From Squalus acanthias (lineage: Eukaryota), in assembly GCA_030390025.1 (NCBI GenBank), contig CM059438.1, positions 55,182,001-55,246,000 of the forward strand: 64,000 nt of DNA, written 5' to 3'. Below, in pieces: positions 10,031-21,119 of this stretch. The position numbers and the translations under genes were made by a program. How positions within the stretch are numbered: position 1 is the stretch's first letter; each line of letters starts with the position of its first letter. The notes beneath the pieces are model-generated. The model saw nothing but the letters and a program-made list of their open reading frames with translations. It ran no database searches and was not told the DNA's origin.

Positions 10031-12863
10031 AAGGGAGGGTGGTAGGTGGGAGTTCACCAGCACCGATATCTCCGCCAGCCCGTGTTGGCCAGTGCTGCTG
10101 CTTCCACTTTGCCCGTTCCCTGACAGCAGGTGAGGCCCAGGCAGGATGGCCAAATGGAGCTTTGGTGGTGATGGGCCAGTGAAATCGAAGCCGCATTGCT
10201 GACCTCCACAGGCTGCCTGAGGTACTGGCACAGTGAAAGAATAGGGGGTGGGGCAAGTTACAACCCAAAGTACCAGCAAGTTTAAATGTTGAACTGTTGG
10301 AATAATTTCAGATATTGACTCGAGAGGCCAATGTTCACCTGCTATCTGAGCGCTATCTGTCGCACTCCCAATAAACAAGGGTTTGTCTCAGGATGTGGCC
10401 AATCTCCAAGAGGTTGATGGTGGCCGAGACGTTTCCCACAGTGGTGGTAGGTAACTTTGTACCAATTGTTCACAACTGGGTGACATGCTCGGCCACGTCA
10501 GAGGGCCGACTAGTAGTCCAGACCATGGAGGGGTGGCCAGCTCACTTCCCTGAAGGACATTACTGAATCAGTTGGGTTTTTACAGCCTCACCACTTGCCA
10601 GAGTGGGGTTTGAAGTCCCAGCCTCTAGGTTGCTAGTCCAGCACCATCAACCACGAGCTCACAGTACTCTGTGGCAAAGCTAATGATAAGTTAGGAGATC
10701 TACAAACGAATACACCCAGATGGTAAACGGGTGCTGGAGGCGATGGGGCACAGGCTGCTGCCCTGGGAGAATTGTTGCACACGTGAGGCTCCACAGGACT
10801 GCCGGCAGAAAAACAGGGATTTTGCATTTTAAAGGTGACGAGCTGATCCAGGTGACCACAGACCCATTAGACATCAAACACATATAAAACAATGGAAACT
10901 AATGAACGAGGTGGGCTGGAAGAGTACCTGTCATGAATTAATAAAATATATGATCAGAAGAGGGAGATCCTGTCCTCCAAACCTTACTGAGTTCTGAAGG
11001 GCCATTACAAATGAAGCAGACAGCAGTATTCCCTATTACACCGTTTATTTGGACTTCAGAAAGGTGTTGATAAAGTCCCACATGAAAGACCTCTAATTAA
11101 ACTAAACCCACAGGTATGCTGATAGAAAATGGGACTGGATAAGAAGCTAGTTTAAAATGTGATCCGATTGGGTAGAGCCCCCCCCCGCCGCCCAGGAGAC
11201 AGTGTTTGGATCTCAATTCTTACACATCATCAATGTTCCCCGAAATTTTTGTTTTGGGTGCGTGGCTCCTTTAAGGGGCTGCACGTCCCATTCACAGTTT
11301 TGCACATGCGCGAACTTTAACATTGAAAAACCCGAGCCGGGCTGCGCAACTTTTTTAAAAATCCGTTTTTTATGGGATGTGGGCGTCGCTGGCAAGGCCA
11401 GCATTTATTGCCCATCCCTAATTGCCCTTGAGAAGGTGGTGGTGAGCCGCCTTCTTGAACCGCTGCAGTCCGTGTGGTGATGGTACTCCCACAGTGCTGT
11501 TAGGGAGGGAGTTCCAGGATTTTGACCCAGCGACGATGAAGGATCAGCGATATACTTCTAAGTCAGGATGGTGTGTGACTTGGAGGAGAACTTGGAGGTG
11601 GTGGTGTTCCCATGCGCCTGCTGCCCTTGTCCTTCTAGGTGGAAGAGGTCGCGGGTTTGGGAGGTGCTACCGAAGAAGCCTTGGCAAGTTGCTGCAGTGC
11701 ATCTTGTAGATGGTACACACTGCAGCCATGGTACGCCGGTGGTGGAGGGAATGAATGTTTAAGGTGGTGGATGGGGTGCCAATCAAGCGGGCTGCTTTGT
11801 CCTGGATGGTGTCGAGTTTCTTGAGTGTTGTTGGAGCTGCACTCATCCAGGCAAGTGGAGAGTATTCCATCACACTCCTGACTTGTGCCTTGTAGATGGT
11901 GGAAAGGCTTTGGGGACTCAGGAGGTGAGACACTCGCCGCAGAATACCTAGCCTCTGGCCTGCTCTTGTTGCCACAGTATTTATGTGGCTGGTCCAGTCA
12001 CGTTTCTGGTCAATGGTGACCCCCAGGATGTTGATGGTGGGGGATTCAACAATGGTGATGCCGTTGAATGTCATGGGGAGGTGGTTAGACTCTCACTTAT
12101 TGGAGATAGTCATTGTCTGGCACTTCTGTGATGCGAATGTTACCTGCCACTTATCAGCCCAAGCCTGAACGTTGTCCAAGTCTTGTTGCATGCGGGCATG
12201 GACTGCTTCATTATCTGAGGAATTGTGGATGGCACTGAACACTACAGTCATCAGCGAACATCCCCATTTCTGACCTTATGATGGAAGGAAGGTCATTGAT
12301 GAAGCAACTGAAGATAGTTGGGCCTAGGACACTGCCCTGAGGAACTCCTGCAGCGATGTCCTGGGGCTGTGATGACTGACCTTCAACCACCACAACCATC
12401 TTCCTTTGTGCTAGGTATGACTCCAGCTAGTGGAGCGTTTTGCCCCGATTCCCATTGACTTCAGTTTTACTGGGGCTCCTTGATGCCACACTTGGTCAAA
12501 TGCTTCCTTGATGTCAAGAGCAGTCACTCTCACCTCACCTCTGGAATTCAGCTCCTTTGTCCATGTTTGGACCAAGGCTGTAATGAGGTCGGGAGCCGAG
12601 TGATCTTGGCGGAACCCAAACTGAGCATCAGTGAGCAGGTTATTGGTGAGTAAGTGCTGCTTGATAGCACTGTTGATGACACCTTCCATCACTTTGCTGA
12701 TGATTGAGAGTAGACTGATGGGGCGTAATTGGCCGGATTGGATTTGTCCTGCTTTTTGTGGACAGGACATACCTGGGCAGTTTTCCACATTGTCGGGTAG
12801 ATGCCAGTGTTGTAGCTGTACTGGAACAGCTTGGCTAGAGGCACGGCTAGTTCAGGAGCACAA

Positions 12864-13495
12864 GGGGGAAAAATTCGGTTGCTTTGCGCCTCCCGTTAGC
12901 GCCCTGAGAGGCGCCGCCAATGCCTCCCGCGAAATTCAGCAGGAGGTTAGTGGCGGCGGTAACCGTTAGTGCCTCGTGGCACTGCACCGCCGGCGATGAC
13001 GTCACCGCTGTGCACAGCGCCCTGCTTGCGCCACGGCTGCGATCTTCGGCATCGCCCCTCTGACTTACCGCCGGACGCAATGTCCAAGGGAGTCAGGGGG
13101 GCCTACCTGCGGCCGGGGCGGTGCTAATTAAAGGCGAGGTGCCGGGCGGCCATTTTTGTTGCTGGCCACCTGCCAGCACCTGCCCCCGTTGCCGTCCCCG
13201 GCCTCCTCAGCAGCCCCCCGTGGAGTGCCGGCTGCGCCCTGTGAGCCCTGTACGTCTCTTGAGTGCCGAGCTCTTTTGCCGGTACTCTGATCCCTGGTGG
13301 CCCAGCTGGGCCCCGGGTCACGCTGCGCTATGCCTCCCCCCTTTAAGAAGGGAGGAAGGCCTGCAGTACCGCGGCGCGACATGCCACAGCTTCCAGTAGC
13401 GCCCCGCTTCCCTCTTGGGGTGCTACCGATTAAATAAAAGTAGCACCCCGGCAAAGTTACCACCCCAAAGGGGGCGAGACTCAATTTTTCTCCCC
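12864..13495 (+). mobile_element. GC-rich TIR MITE (PIF/Harbinger-like)
   Basis: Ends GGGGGAAAAATT...AATTTTTCTCCCC; 3-bp target duplication (AAG or CAA); the uninterrupted site GCACAAGTCTT is visible in the sister LINE at 15778. Confidence 0.8.
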
Positions 13496-14294
13496 AAGTC
13501 TTCAGCACGGTAGCCGGGATATTGTCGGGGCCCATAGCCTTTGCTGTATCCAGTGCGCTCAGCCGTTTCTTGATATCACGTGGAGTGAATCGAATTGGTT
13601 GAAGACTGGTTACTGTGATGGTGGGGACCTCAGGAGTAGGCCAATATAGATCATCCACTCGGCACTTCTGGCTTAAGATGGTTGAAAATGCTTCAGCCTT
13701 GTCTTTTGCACTCACGTGCTGGGCTCCACCATCATTGAGGATGGGAATATTCATGGAGCCTCCTCCTCCCGTTAGTTGTTTGATGGTCCACCACCATTCA
13801 CGACTGGATGTGGCAGGACTGCAGAGCTTTGATCTGATCCGTTGATTGTGGGATCGCTTAGCCCTGTCTACAGCATGCTGCTTCCGCTGTTTAGCATGCA
13901 TGTAGTCCTGTGTTGCAGCTTCCCCAGGTTGGCACCTCATTTTTAGGTATGCCTGGTGCTGCTCCTGGCATGCTCTTCTACACTCCTTATTGAACCAGGG
14001 TTGGTCCCCTGACTTGATGGTAATGGTAGAGTGAGGGATATGCCAGGCCATGAGGTTACAGATTGTGGTGGAATACAATTCTGCTGCTGCTGATAGCCCA
14101 CAGCGCCTCATGGGTGCCCAGTTTTGAGTTGCTAGATCTGTTCTGAATCTATCCCATTTAGTACGGTGGTAGTGCCACACAACACAATGGAGGGTGTCCT
14201 CAGTGTGAAGATAGGACTTCGTCTCCACAATGACTGTGCGGTGGTCACTGCTACCAATACTGTCATGGACAGATTCATCTGCGACAGGTAGATT

Positions 14295-15951
14295 TTTTTA
14301 ATTTGTTTTTATGGGATGTGGGCGTCGCTGGCAAGGCCAGCATTTATTGCCCATCCCTAGTTGCCCTTGAGAAGGTGGTGGTGAGCCGCCTTCTTGAACC
14401 GCTGCAGTCCGTGTGGTGATGGTACTCCCACAGTGCTGTTAGGTAGGGAGTTCCAGGATTTTGACCCAGCGACGATGAAGGATCGGCGATATACTTCTAA
14501 GTCAGGATGGTGTGTGACTTGGAGGGGAACTTGGAGGTGGCGGTGTTCCCATGCGCCTGCTGCCCTTGTCTTTCTAGGTGGAAGAGGTCGCGGGTTTGGG
14601 AGGTGCTGATGAAGAAGCCTTGGCGAGTTGCTGCAGTGCATCTTGTAGATGGTACACACTGCAGCCATGGTACGCCGGTGGTGGAGGGAGTGAATATTTA
14701 AGGTGGTGGATGGGGTGCCAATCAAGCGGGCTGCTTTGTCCTGGATGGTGTCGAGTTTTTTGAGTGTTGTTGGAGCTGCACTCATCCAGGCAAGTGGAGA
14801 GTATTCAATCACACTCCTTACTTGTGCCTTGTAGATGGTGGAAAGGCTTTGGGGAGTCAGGAGGTGAGACACTCGCCGCAGAATACCTAGCCTCTGACCT
14901 GCTCTTGTTGCCACAGTATTTATGTGGCTGGTCCAGTTAAGTTTCTGGTTAATGGTGACCCCCAGGATGTTGATAGTGGGAGATTCGGCGATGGTAATGC
15001 CATTGAATGTCAAGGGGCGGTGTTTAGACTCTCGCTTGTTGGAGATAGTCATTGCCTGGCACTTGTGTGGCGCGAATGTTACCTGCCACTTATCAGCCCA
15101 AGCCTGAACGTCATCCAGGTCTTGTTGCATGCGAGCATGGACTGCTTCATTATCTGTGGAGTTGTGAATGGTACTGAACACTGTGCAGTCATCAGCCAAC
15201 ATCCCCATTTCTGACATTATGTCAGAGGGAAGGTCATTGATGAAGCAGCTGAAGATGGTTGGGCTTAGGACACTGCCCTGAGGAACTCCTGCAGCAATGT
15301 CCTGGGGCTGTGATGATTGACCTTCAACCACCACAACCATCTTCCTTTGTGCTAGGTATGACTCCAGCCAGTGGAGAGTTTTCCCCCCGATTCCCATTGA
15401 CTTCAGTTTTACTAGGGCTCCTTGATGCCAGACTCGGTCAAATGCTGCCTTGATGTCAAGGGCAGTCACTCTCACCTCACCTCTGGAATTCAGCTCCTTT
15501 GTCCACGTTTGGACCAAGGCTGCAATGAGGTCGGGAGCCGAGTGGTCTTGGCGGAACCCAAACTGGGCATCAGTGAGCAGGTTATTGGTGAGTAAGTGCC
15601 GCTTGATAGCACTGTCGATGACACCTTCCATCACTGATGGGGCGGTAATTGGCCGGGTTGGATTTGTCCTGCTTTTTGTGGACAGGACATATCTGGGCAG
15701 TTTTCCACATTGTCGGATAGATGCCAGTGTTGTAGCTGTACTGGAACAGCTTGGCTAGAGGCGCGGCTAGTTCTGGAGCACAAGTCTTTAGCACGATAGC
15801 TGGGATGTTGTCAGGCCCCATAGCCTTTGCTGTATCCAGTGCGCTCAGCCGTTTCTTGATATCACGTGGAGTGAATCGAATTGGCTGAAGACTGGCTTCT
15901 GTGATGGTGGGGACCTCGGGAGTAGGCCGATATGGATCATCCACTCGGCAC
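14295..15951 (-). mobile_element. 5'-truncated family B LINE inserted in its own family member
   Basis: 425-aa RT ORF 14357-15634; own 3' tail at ~14295-14370; host endonuclease frame resumes at 15952. Confidence 0.88.
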
Positions 15952-16208
15952 TTGGTGAGGACGAGGTCAAGTACGTTTCTTCCTCGTGTTGGTTCTCACA
16001 TCACCTGTCGTAGGCCCAGACTGGCAGTTATGTCCTTCAGGACTCGGCCAGTTTGGTCAATAGTGGTGCTACCGAGCCACTCTTGGTGATGGACATTGAA
16101 GTCCCCCACCCAGAGTACATTCATAGAAACACAGAAACATAGAACAGTACAGCACAGTACAGGCCCTTCGGCCCTCGATGTTGTGCCGAGCATTGTCCGA
16201 GACCAAGA

Positions 16209-19115
16209 TCAAGCTATCACACTCCCTATCACTCTGGTGTGCTCCATGTGCTTATCCAATAACCGCTTGAAAGTTCCTAAAGTGTCCGACTCCACTATCA
16301 CAGCAGGCAGTCCATTCCACACCCCAACCACTCTCTGAGTAAAGAATCTACCTCGGACATCCCTTCTATATCTCCCCCCATGCACCTTATAGTTATGCCC
16401 CCTTGTAACAGCTGCCTCTACCCGAGGAAATAGTCTCTGAACATCCACTCTATCTATCCCCCTCATCATCTTATAAACCTCTATTAAGTCGCCTCTCATC
16501 CTCCTCCGCTCTAAAGAGAAAAGCCCCAACTCCCTCAATCTTTCCTCATAAGACCTCCCCCCCAAACCAGGCAGCATCCTGGTAAATCTCCTTTGCACTC
16601 TTTCCAATGCTTCCACGTCCTTCCTATAGTGAGGTGACCAGAACTGCACACAATATTCCAAATGTGGTCTCACCAAGGTCCTGTACAGTTGCAGCATAAC
16701 CTCACGGTTCTTAAACTCAAACCCTCTGTTAATAAACGCCAACACACCATAGGCCTTCTTTACTGCTCTATCCACTTGAGTGGCAACCTTCAGAGATCTG
16801 TGGATATGAACCCCCAGATCCCTCTGCTCCTCCACGTTCCTCAGAACCCTGCCGTTGACCCTGTAATCCTTATTCAAATTTGCCCTACCAAAATGAATCA
16901 CCTCGCACTTATCAGGGTTAAATTCCATCTGCCATTTTTCGGCCCAGCTCTGCATCCTATCAATGTCTCTTTGCAGCCTACAACAGCCCTCCACCTCATC
17001 CACTGCTCCACCAATCTTGGTGTCATCAGCAAATTTACTGATCCACCCTTCAGTCCCCTCCTCCAAGTCATTGATAAAAATCACAAACAGCAGAGGACCC
17101 AGCACCGACCCCTGTGGCACACCGCTGGTAACTGGTCTCCAGTCCGAAAATGTTCCATCCACCACCACCCTCTGCCTTCTATGAGATAGCCAGTTACTTA
17201 TCCAATCGGCCAAATTGCCCTCTATCCCACAACTCCTTACTTTCTTCATGAGCCGACCATGGGGAACCTTATCAAACGCCTTACTAAAATCCATGTATAC
17301 GACATCAACTGCTCTACCTTCATCTACACACTTAGTTACCTCCTCAAAGAATTCAATCAAATTTGTTAGGCAAGACTTACCCTTCACGAATCCGTGTTGA
17401 CTATCCCTGATTAAGTTGCCCCTTTCCAAATGGTCATAAATCCTATCCCTCAGGACCTTTTCCATTATCTTACCAACCACCGAAGTAAGACTAACCGGCC
17501 TATAATTACCAGGGTCATTCCTATTTCCTTTCTTGAAGAGAGGAACAACATTCGCCACTCTCCAGTCCTCTGGCACCATTCCCGTGGACAGTGAGGACCC
17601 AAAGATCAAAGCCAGAGGCTCTGCAATCTCCTCCCTTGCCTCCCAAAGAATCCTAGGATATATCCCATCTGGCCCAGGGGACTTATCGACCCTCAGGTTC
17701 TTCAAAATTGCTAAAACATCTTTCCTCAGAACATCTACCACCTCCAGCCTATCCACCTTTATCACACTCTCATCCTCAAGAACATGGCCCCTCTCCTCGG
17801 TGAACACTGACGAAAAGTATTCATTCATCACCTCTCCTATCTCTTCTGACTCCATGCACAAGTTCCCACTACTGTCCTTGACCGGCCCTACCCTCACCCT
17901 GGTCATTCTTTTATTTCTCACATAAGAGTAAAAGGCCTTGGGGTTTTTCTTGATCCGACCCGCCAAGGACTTCTCATGCCCCCTCCTAGCTCTCCTAAGC
18001 TCTTTTTTTAGCTCATTCCTTGCTACCTTGTACCCTTCAATCGACCCAACTGAACCTTGTTTTCTCATCCTTACATACGCTTCCTTTTTCCTCTTGACTA
18101 GACATTCAACCTCTTTTGTGAACCATGGTTCTCTCACTCGGCCATTTCCTCCCTGCCTGACAGGGACATACCTATCAAGGACACGCAGTAATTGCTCCAT
18201 GAAAAAGCTCCACTTTTCGTTTGTGCCTTTCCCTGATAGTTTCTGTTCCCATCTTATACTCCCTAATTCTTGCCTAATCGCATCATAATTACCCCTCCCC
18301 CAATTATAAACCCTGCCCTGCCGTATGGCCCTATCCCTCTCCATTGCAATAGTGAAAGTCACCGAATTGTGGTCACTATCTCCAAAGTGCTCTCCCACAT
18401 ACAAATCAAACACTTGGCCCGGTTCATTACCCAGTACCAAATCCAACGTGGCCCCAGCTCTTGTCGGCCTATCCACATATTGTGTCAGGAAACCCTCCTG
18501 CACACACTGTGCAAAAACTATCCCATCCGAACTGTTTGACCTATAAAGGTTCCAATCAATATTTGGAAAGTTGAAGTCACCCATGACAACTACTCTGTGA
18601 CCTCCACACCTATTCATAATCTGCTTTGCAATTTCTTCCTCCACATCTCTATTACTATTTGGGGGCCTGTAGAAAACTCCTAACAACGTGACCGCTCCTT
18701 TCCTATTTCTAACTTCAGCCCATATTACCTCAGACGGCAGATCCCCCTCGAACTGCCTTTCTGCCGCTGTTAAACTATCCTTGATTAACAATGCTACTCC
18801 TCCACCTTTCTTACCAACTTCCCTACTCTTACTGAAACATCTATACCCCGGAACTTCCAACAACCATTCCTGTCCCTGTTCTAACCATGTCTCCGTAATG
18901 GCCACCACATCGTAGTCCCAAGTACCAATCCACGCTCCAAGTTCTCCTACCTTATTCCGGATGCTCCTTGCATTGAAGTAGACACACTTCAAGCCATCTT
19001 CCTGTCTGCCGGTACATTCCTGCGACCTTGATACCCTCCTCAGTACCTCCCTACACTCACCACTGGCTCCTGGACTACAGCCCTTTTTCCCATCCCCCTG
19101 ACAAATTAGTTTAAA
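16209..19115 (-). CDS. CR1 ORF2p: APE endonuclease + reverse transcriptase
   Basis: Stop-free frame with [47 protein letters not shown]; start drawn at the slippery site because no in-frame ATG precedes the endonuclease. Confidence 0.93.
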   Translation of the reverse strand, partial: FKLICQGDGKKGCSPGASGECREVLRRVSRSQECTGRQEDGLKCVYFNARSIRNKVGELGAWIGTWDYDVVAITETWLEQGQEWLLEVPGYRCFSKSREVGKKGGGVALLIKDSLTAAERQFEGDLPSEVIWAEVRNRKGAVTLLGVFYRPPNSNRDVEEEIAKQIMNRCGGHRVVVMGDFNFPNIDWNLYRSNSSDGIVFAQCVQEGFLTQYVDRPTRAGATLDLVLGNEPGQVFDLYVGEHFGDSDHNSVTFTIAMERDRAIRQGRVYNWGRGNYDAIRQELGSIRWEQKLSGKGTNEKWSFFMEQLLRVLDRYVPVRQGGNGRVREPWFTKEVECLVKRKKEAYVRMRKQGSVGSIEGYKVARNELKKELRRARRGHEKSLAGRIKKNPKAFYSYVRNKRMTRVRVGPVKDSSGNLCMESEEIGEVMNEYFSSVFTEERGHVLEDESVIKVDRLEVVDVLRKDVLAILKNLRVDKSPGPDGIYPRILWEAREEIAEPLALIFGSSLSTGMVPEDWRVANVVPLFKKGNRNDPGNYRPVSLTSVVGKIMEKVLRDRIYDHLERGNLIRDSQHGFVKGKSCLTNLIEFFEEVTKCVDEGRAVDVVYMDFSKAFDKVPHGRLMKKVRSCGIEGNLADWISNWLSHRRQRVVVDGTFSDWRPVTSGVPQGSVLGPLLFVIFINDLEEGTEGWISKFADDTKIGGAVDEVEGCCRLQRDIDRMQSWAEKWQMEFNPDKCEVIHFGRANLNKDYRVNGRVLRNVEEQRDLGVHIHRSLKVATQVDRAVKKAYGVLAFINRGFEFKNREVMLQLYRTLVRPHLEYCVQFWSPHYRKDVEALERVQRRFTRMLPGLGGRSYEERLRELGLFSLERRRMRGDLIEVYKMMRGIDRVDVQRLFPRVEAAVTRGHNYKVHGGRYRRDVRGRFFTQRVVGVWNGLPAVIVESDTLGTFKRLLDKHMEHTRVIGSVIA

Positions 19116-20032
19116 CCCCCCCGAAGAGCCGTAGCAAATTTCCCTCCCAGGATATTGGTGCCCCTCTGGTTCAGGTGCAAACCGTCCTGTTTGTACAGGT
19201 CCCACCTTCCCCAGAATGTGCTCCAATTATCCACATAACTGAAACCCTCCCCGCTACACCATCCCTGCAGCCACGTGTTTATCTGCACTCTCTCCCTGTT
19301 CCTCAACTCGCTAGCACGTGGCACCGGCAACAAACCAGAAATTACAACATGGTTTGTACTGGCTCTCAGCTTCCAAGCTAGCTCCCTAAATTCCTGTTTT
19401 AAATCCCCGTCCCTTCTCCTACCTATGTCGTTGGTACCGATGTGTATCACGACTTGTGATTGTTCCCCCTCCCCTTTGAGGATTCTGAAAACACGGTCCG
19501 AGACGTCACGGACCCTGGCACCCGGGAGGCAACATACCATCCGTGAGTCTCTTTTGCTGCCACAGAACCTCCTATCTGTCCCTCTGACTATTGAGTCCCC
19601 AATAACTATTGCTCTCCTGCTCTCCCCCCTTCCCTTCTGAGCCACAGGGACGGACCCAGCGCCGGAGATCCGGTCACCATGGCTTACCACTGGTAAGTCG
19701 TCCCCCTCAACAGTATTCAAAGTGGTATACCTGTTACTGAGGGGAACGACCACAGAGGATCCCTGCACTGACTGCTTCCTCCTAGCCCCTCTCACCGTCA
19801 CCCATCTATCTTCATGCTTTGGAGTAATTACATCCCTGAAGCTTCTATCTATGACCTCCTCTGCCTCCCGAATGATCCGAAGTTCATCCAGCTCCAGCTC
19901 CAGTTCCCTAACACGGTTTTCGAGGAGCTGGAGATGGGTGCACTTCCCACAGGTGTAATCAGCAGGGACACCTACGGCGTCCCTCACCTCAAACATTCTG
20001 CAGGAGGAACATTTCACTGCCTCCCCTGCCAT
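19106..20032 (-). CDS. CR1 ORF1p: zinc finger/leucine zipper + SGNH esterase domain
   Basis: 308 aa; CSSC..CGKC, heptad LENRVRELELEL, IVIGDSIVRG, HIGTND, DGLHLN. Confidence 0.93.
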   Translation of the reverse strand: MAGEAVKCSSCRMFEVRDAVGVPADYTCGKCTHLQLLENRVRELELELDELRIIREAEEVIDRSFRDVITPKHEDRWVTVRGARRKQSVQGSSVVVPLSNRYTTLNTVEGDDLPVVSHGDRISGAGSVPVAQKGRGESRRAIVIGDSIVRGTDRRFCGSKRDSRMVCCLPGARVRDVSDRVFRILKGEGEQSQVVIHIGTNDIGRRRDGDLKQEFRELAWKLRASTNHVVISGLLPVPRASELRNRERVQINTWLQGWCSGEGFSYVDNWSTFWGRWDLYKQDGLHLNQRGTNILGGKFATALRGGLN

Positions 20033-21119
20033 CCCCTCCAGCTAACTTGCAGATTAAACTAGAACAAAAAGAGCTTACCTGATAGTCACTCACCTCCTTT
20101 AGGTGAGAGGAGGAGGAAGGGTGGGGGACACTACAAGTGTAGTGTCTCGGGTTTAGGAACCGCCCAACTTATATACAGGCAAAAATTAATCACCTACCCA
20201 GCAACCACTGCGTCCCGCACTTTAAAAGCCTCTGTGGGCCTACCTGGTCGCCGCCGCCTCTTGAGTCCTCGCCTCGCCGCATTCTGTGCCCTTGCTACTC
20301 TCAGTGCTTCTTCCAAGTAGTGTTCAACATGGAAGAGTACTGATTCATCAGCTGAGGGCGGGCGTGGGGGGAGGGGGGTGGGGCGGTCGGTGGCAATCAG
20401 CAGGAGGTTTCCTTGCCCATGCTTGACCTGAAGCCATGAGACCTCATGGGGTCTGGAGTCAATGTTGAGGACTCCCAGGGCTACTCCTTCCCAGGGCCAC
20501 TCCTTCCCAACTGTATACTATTGTGCCGTCACCCCTGGTGGGTCTGTCCTGCTGGTGGATGACTACCCAGGGATGGTGATGGAGGAGTTTGGGACATTGG
20601 CTGAAAGGTATGATTCTGTGAGTATGACTATGTCAGGCTGTTGCTTGACTGGCTGTGGGACAACTCTCCCAATTTTGGCACAAATCCCCAGATGTTGGTG
20701 AGGAGGACTTTGCAGGGTCGGCTGGGCTGGGTGTGCCATTGTCGTGCCCGTAGCCAGTGCCGGGTGGTCCGTCCGGTTTTATTCTTACTGCTTTTTGTAG
20801 CAGTTTGTTACAACTAGGCCATTTCAGCAGCAGATGAGCTGAGGCAGGGGCAACGTATAGGCCAGACTGGGTAAGGACGGCAGATTTCCTTCCCTCAAAG
20901 ACATTAGTGAACCAGATGGGTTTTTACAACAATCCGATAGTTTCATCAGTACCATTACTGATGCTAGCTTTTTATTCCAGTATTAATTGAATTTAAATTC
21001 CCCAGCTGCCGTGGTGGGATTTGAACTCACGTCTCTGGATCATTAGTCCAGGTCTCATGATTACTAGCCCAGTGACATTACCACCACACTACCGTTCCCT
21101 AGGGCATGTTGTTCATCAC

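Larger units (their letters stand above)
16123..20279 (-). mobile_element. Full-length, apparently intact CR1 LINE
   Basis: Open ORF1 and ORF2, ~250-bp 5' UTR, (ATAGAAAC)n-type tail, 5-bp direct repeat CATTC at 16118-16122 and 20280-20284. Confidence 0.95.
11363..21098 (-). mobile_element. Reconstructable full-length single-ORF LINE (family B, ~3.3 kb net) carrying three nested insertions
   Basis: Pieces 21098-20280, 16122-15952, 14294-13496 and 12864-11363 join colinearly: APE endonuclease (TNIWG, VGDFN, LDLVLTN, SDH), RT ([14 protein letters not shown]), 3' tail. Confidence 0.85.

Noticed and set aside
10336..10500. Possible hexokinase exon 2
   Set aside because: A donor-like site is present but no frame gives the KMLPT/PDG motifs
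11230..11352. Possible hAT-type MITE (CAATGTTCCC start) hosting the family B LINE
   Set aside because: The matching right TIR and 8-bp TSD after 21098 are too degenerate to support
13128..14228. 366-aa ORF as a novel gene
   Set aside because: Chimeric read-through from the LINE EN-RT linker into the inserted MITE
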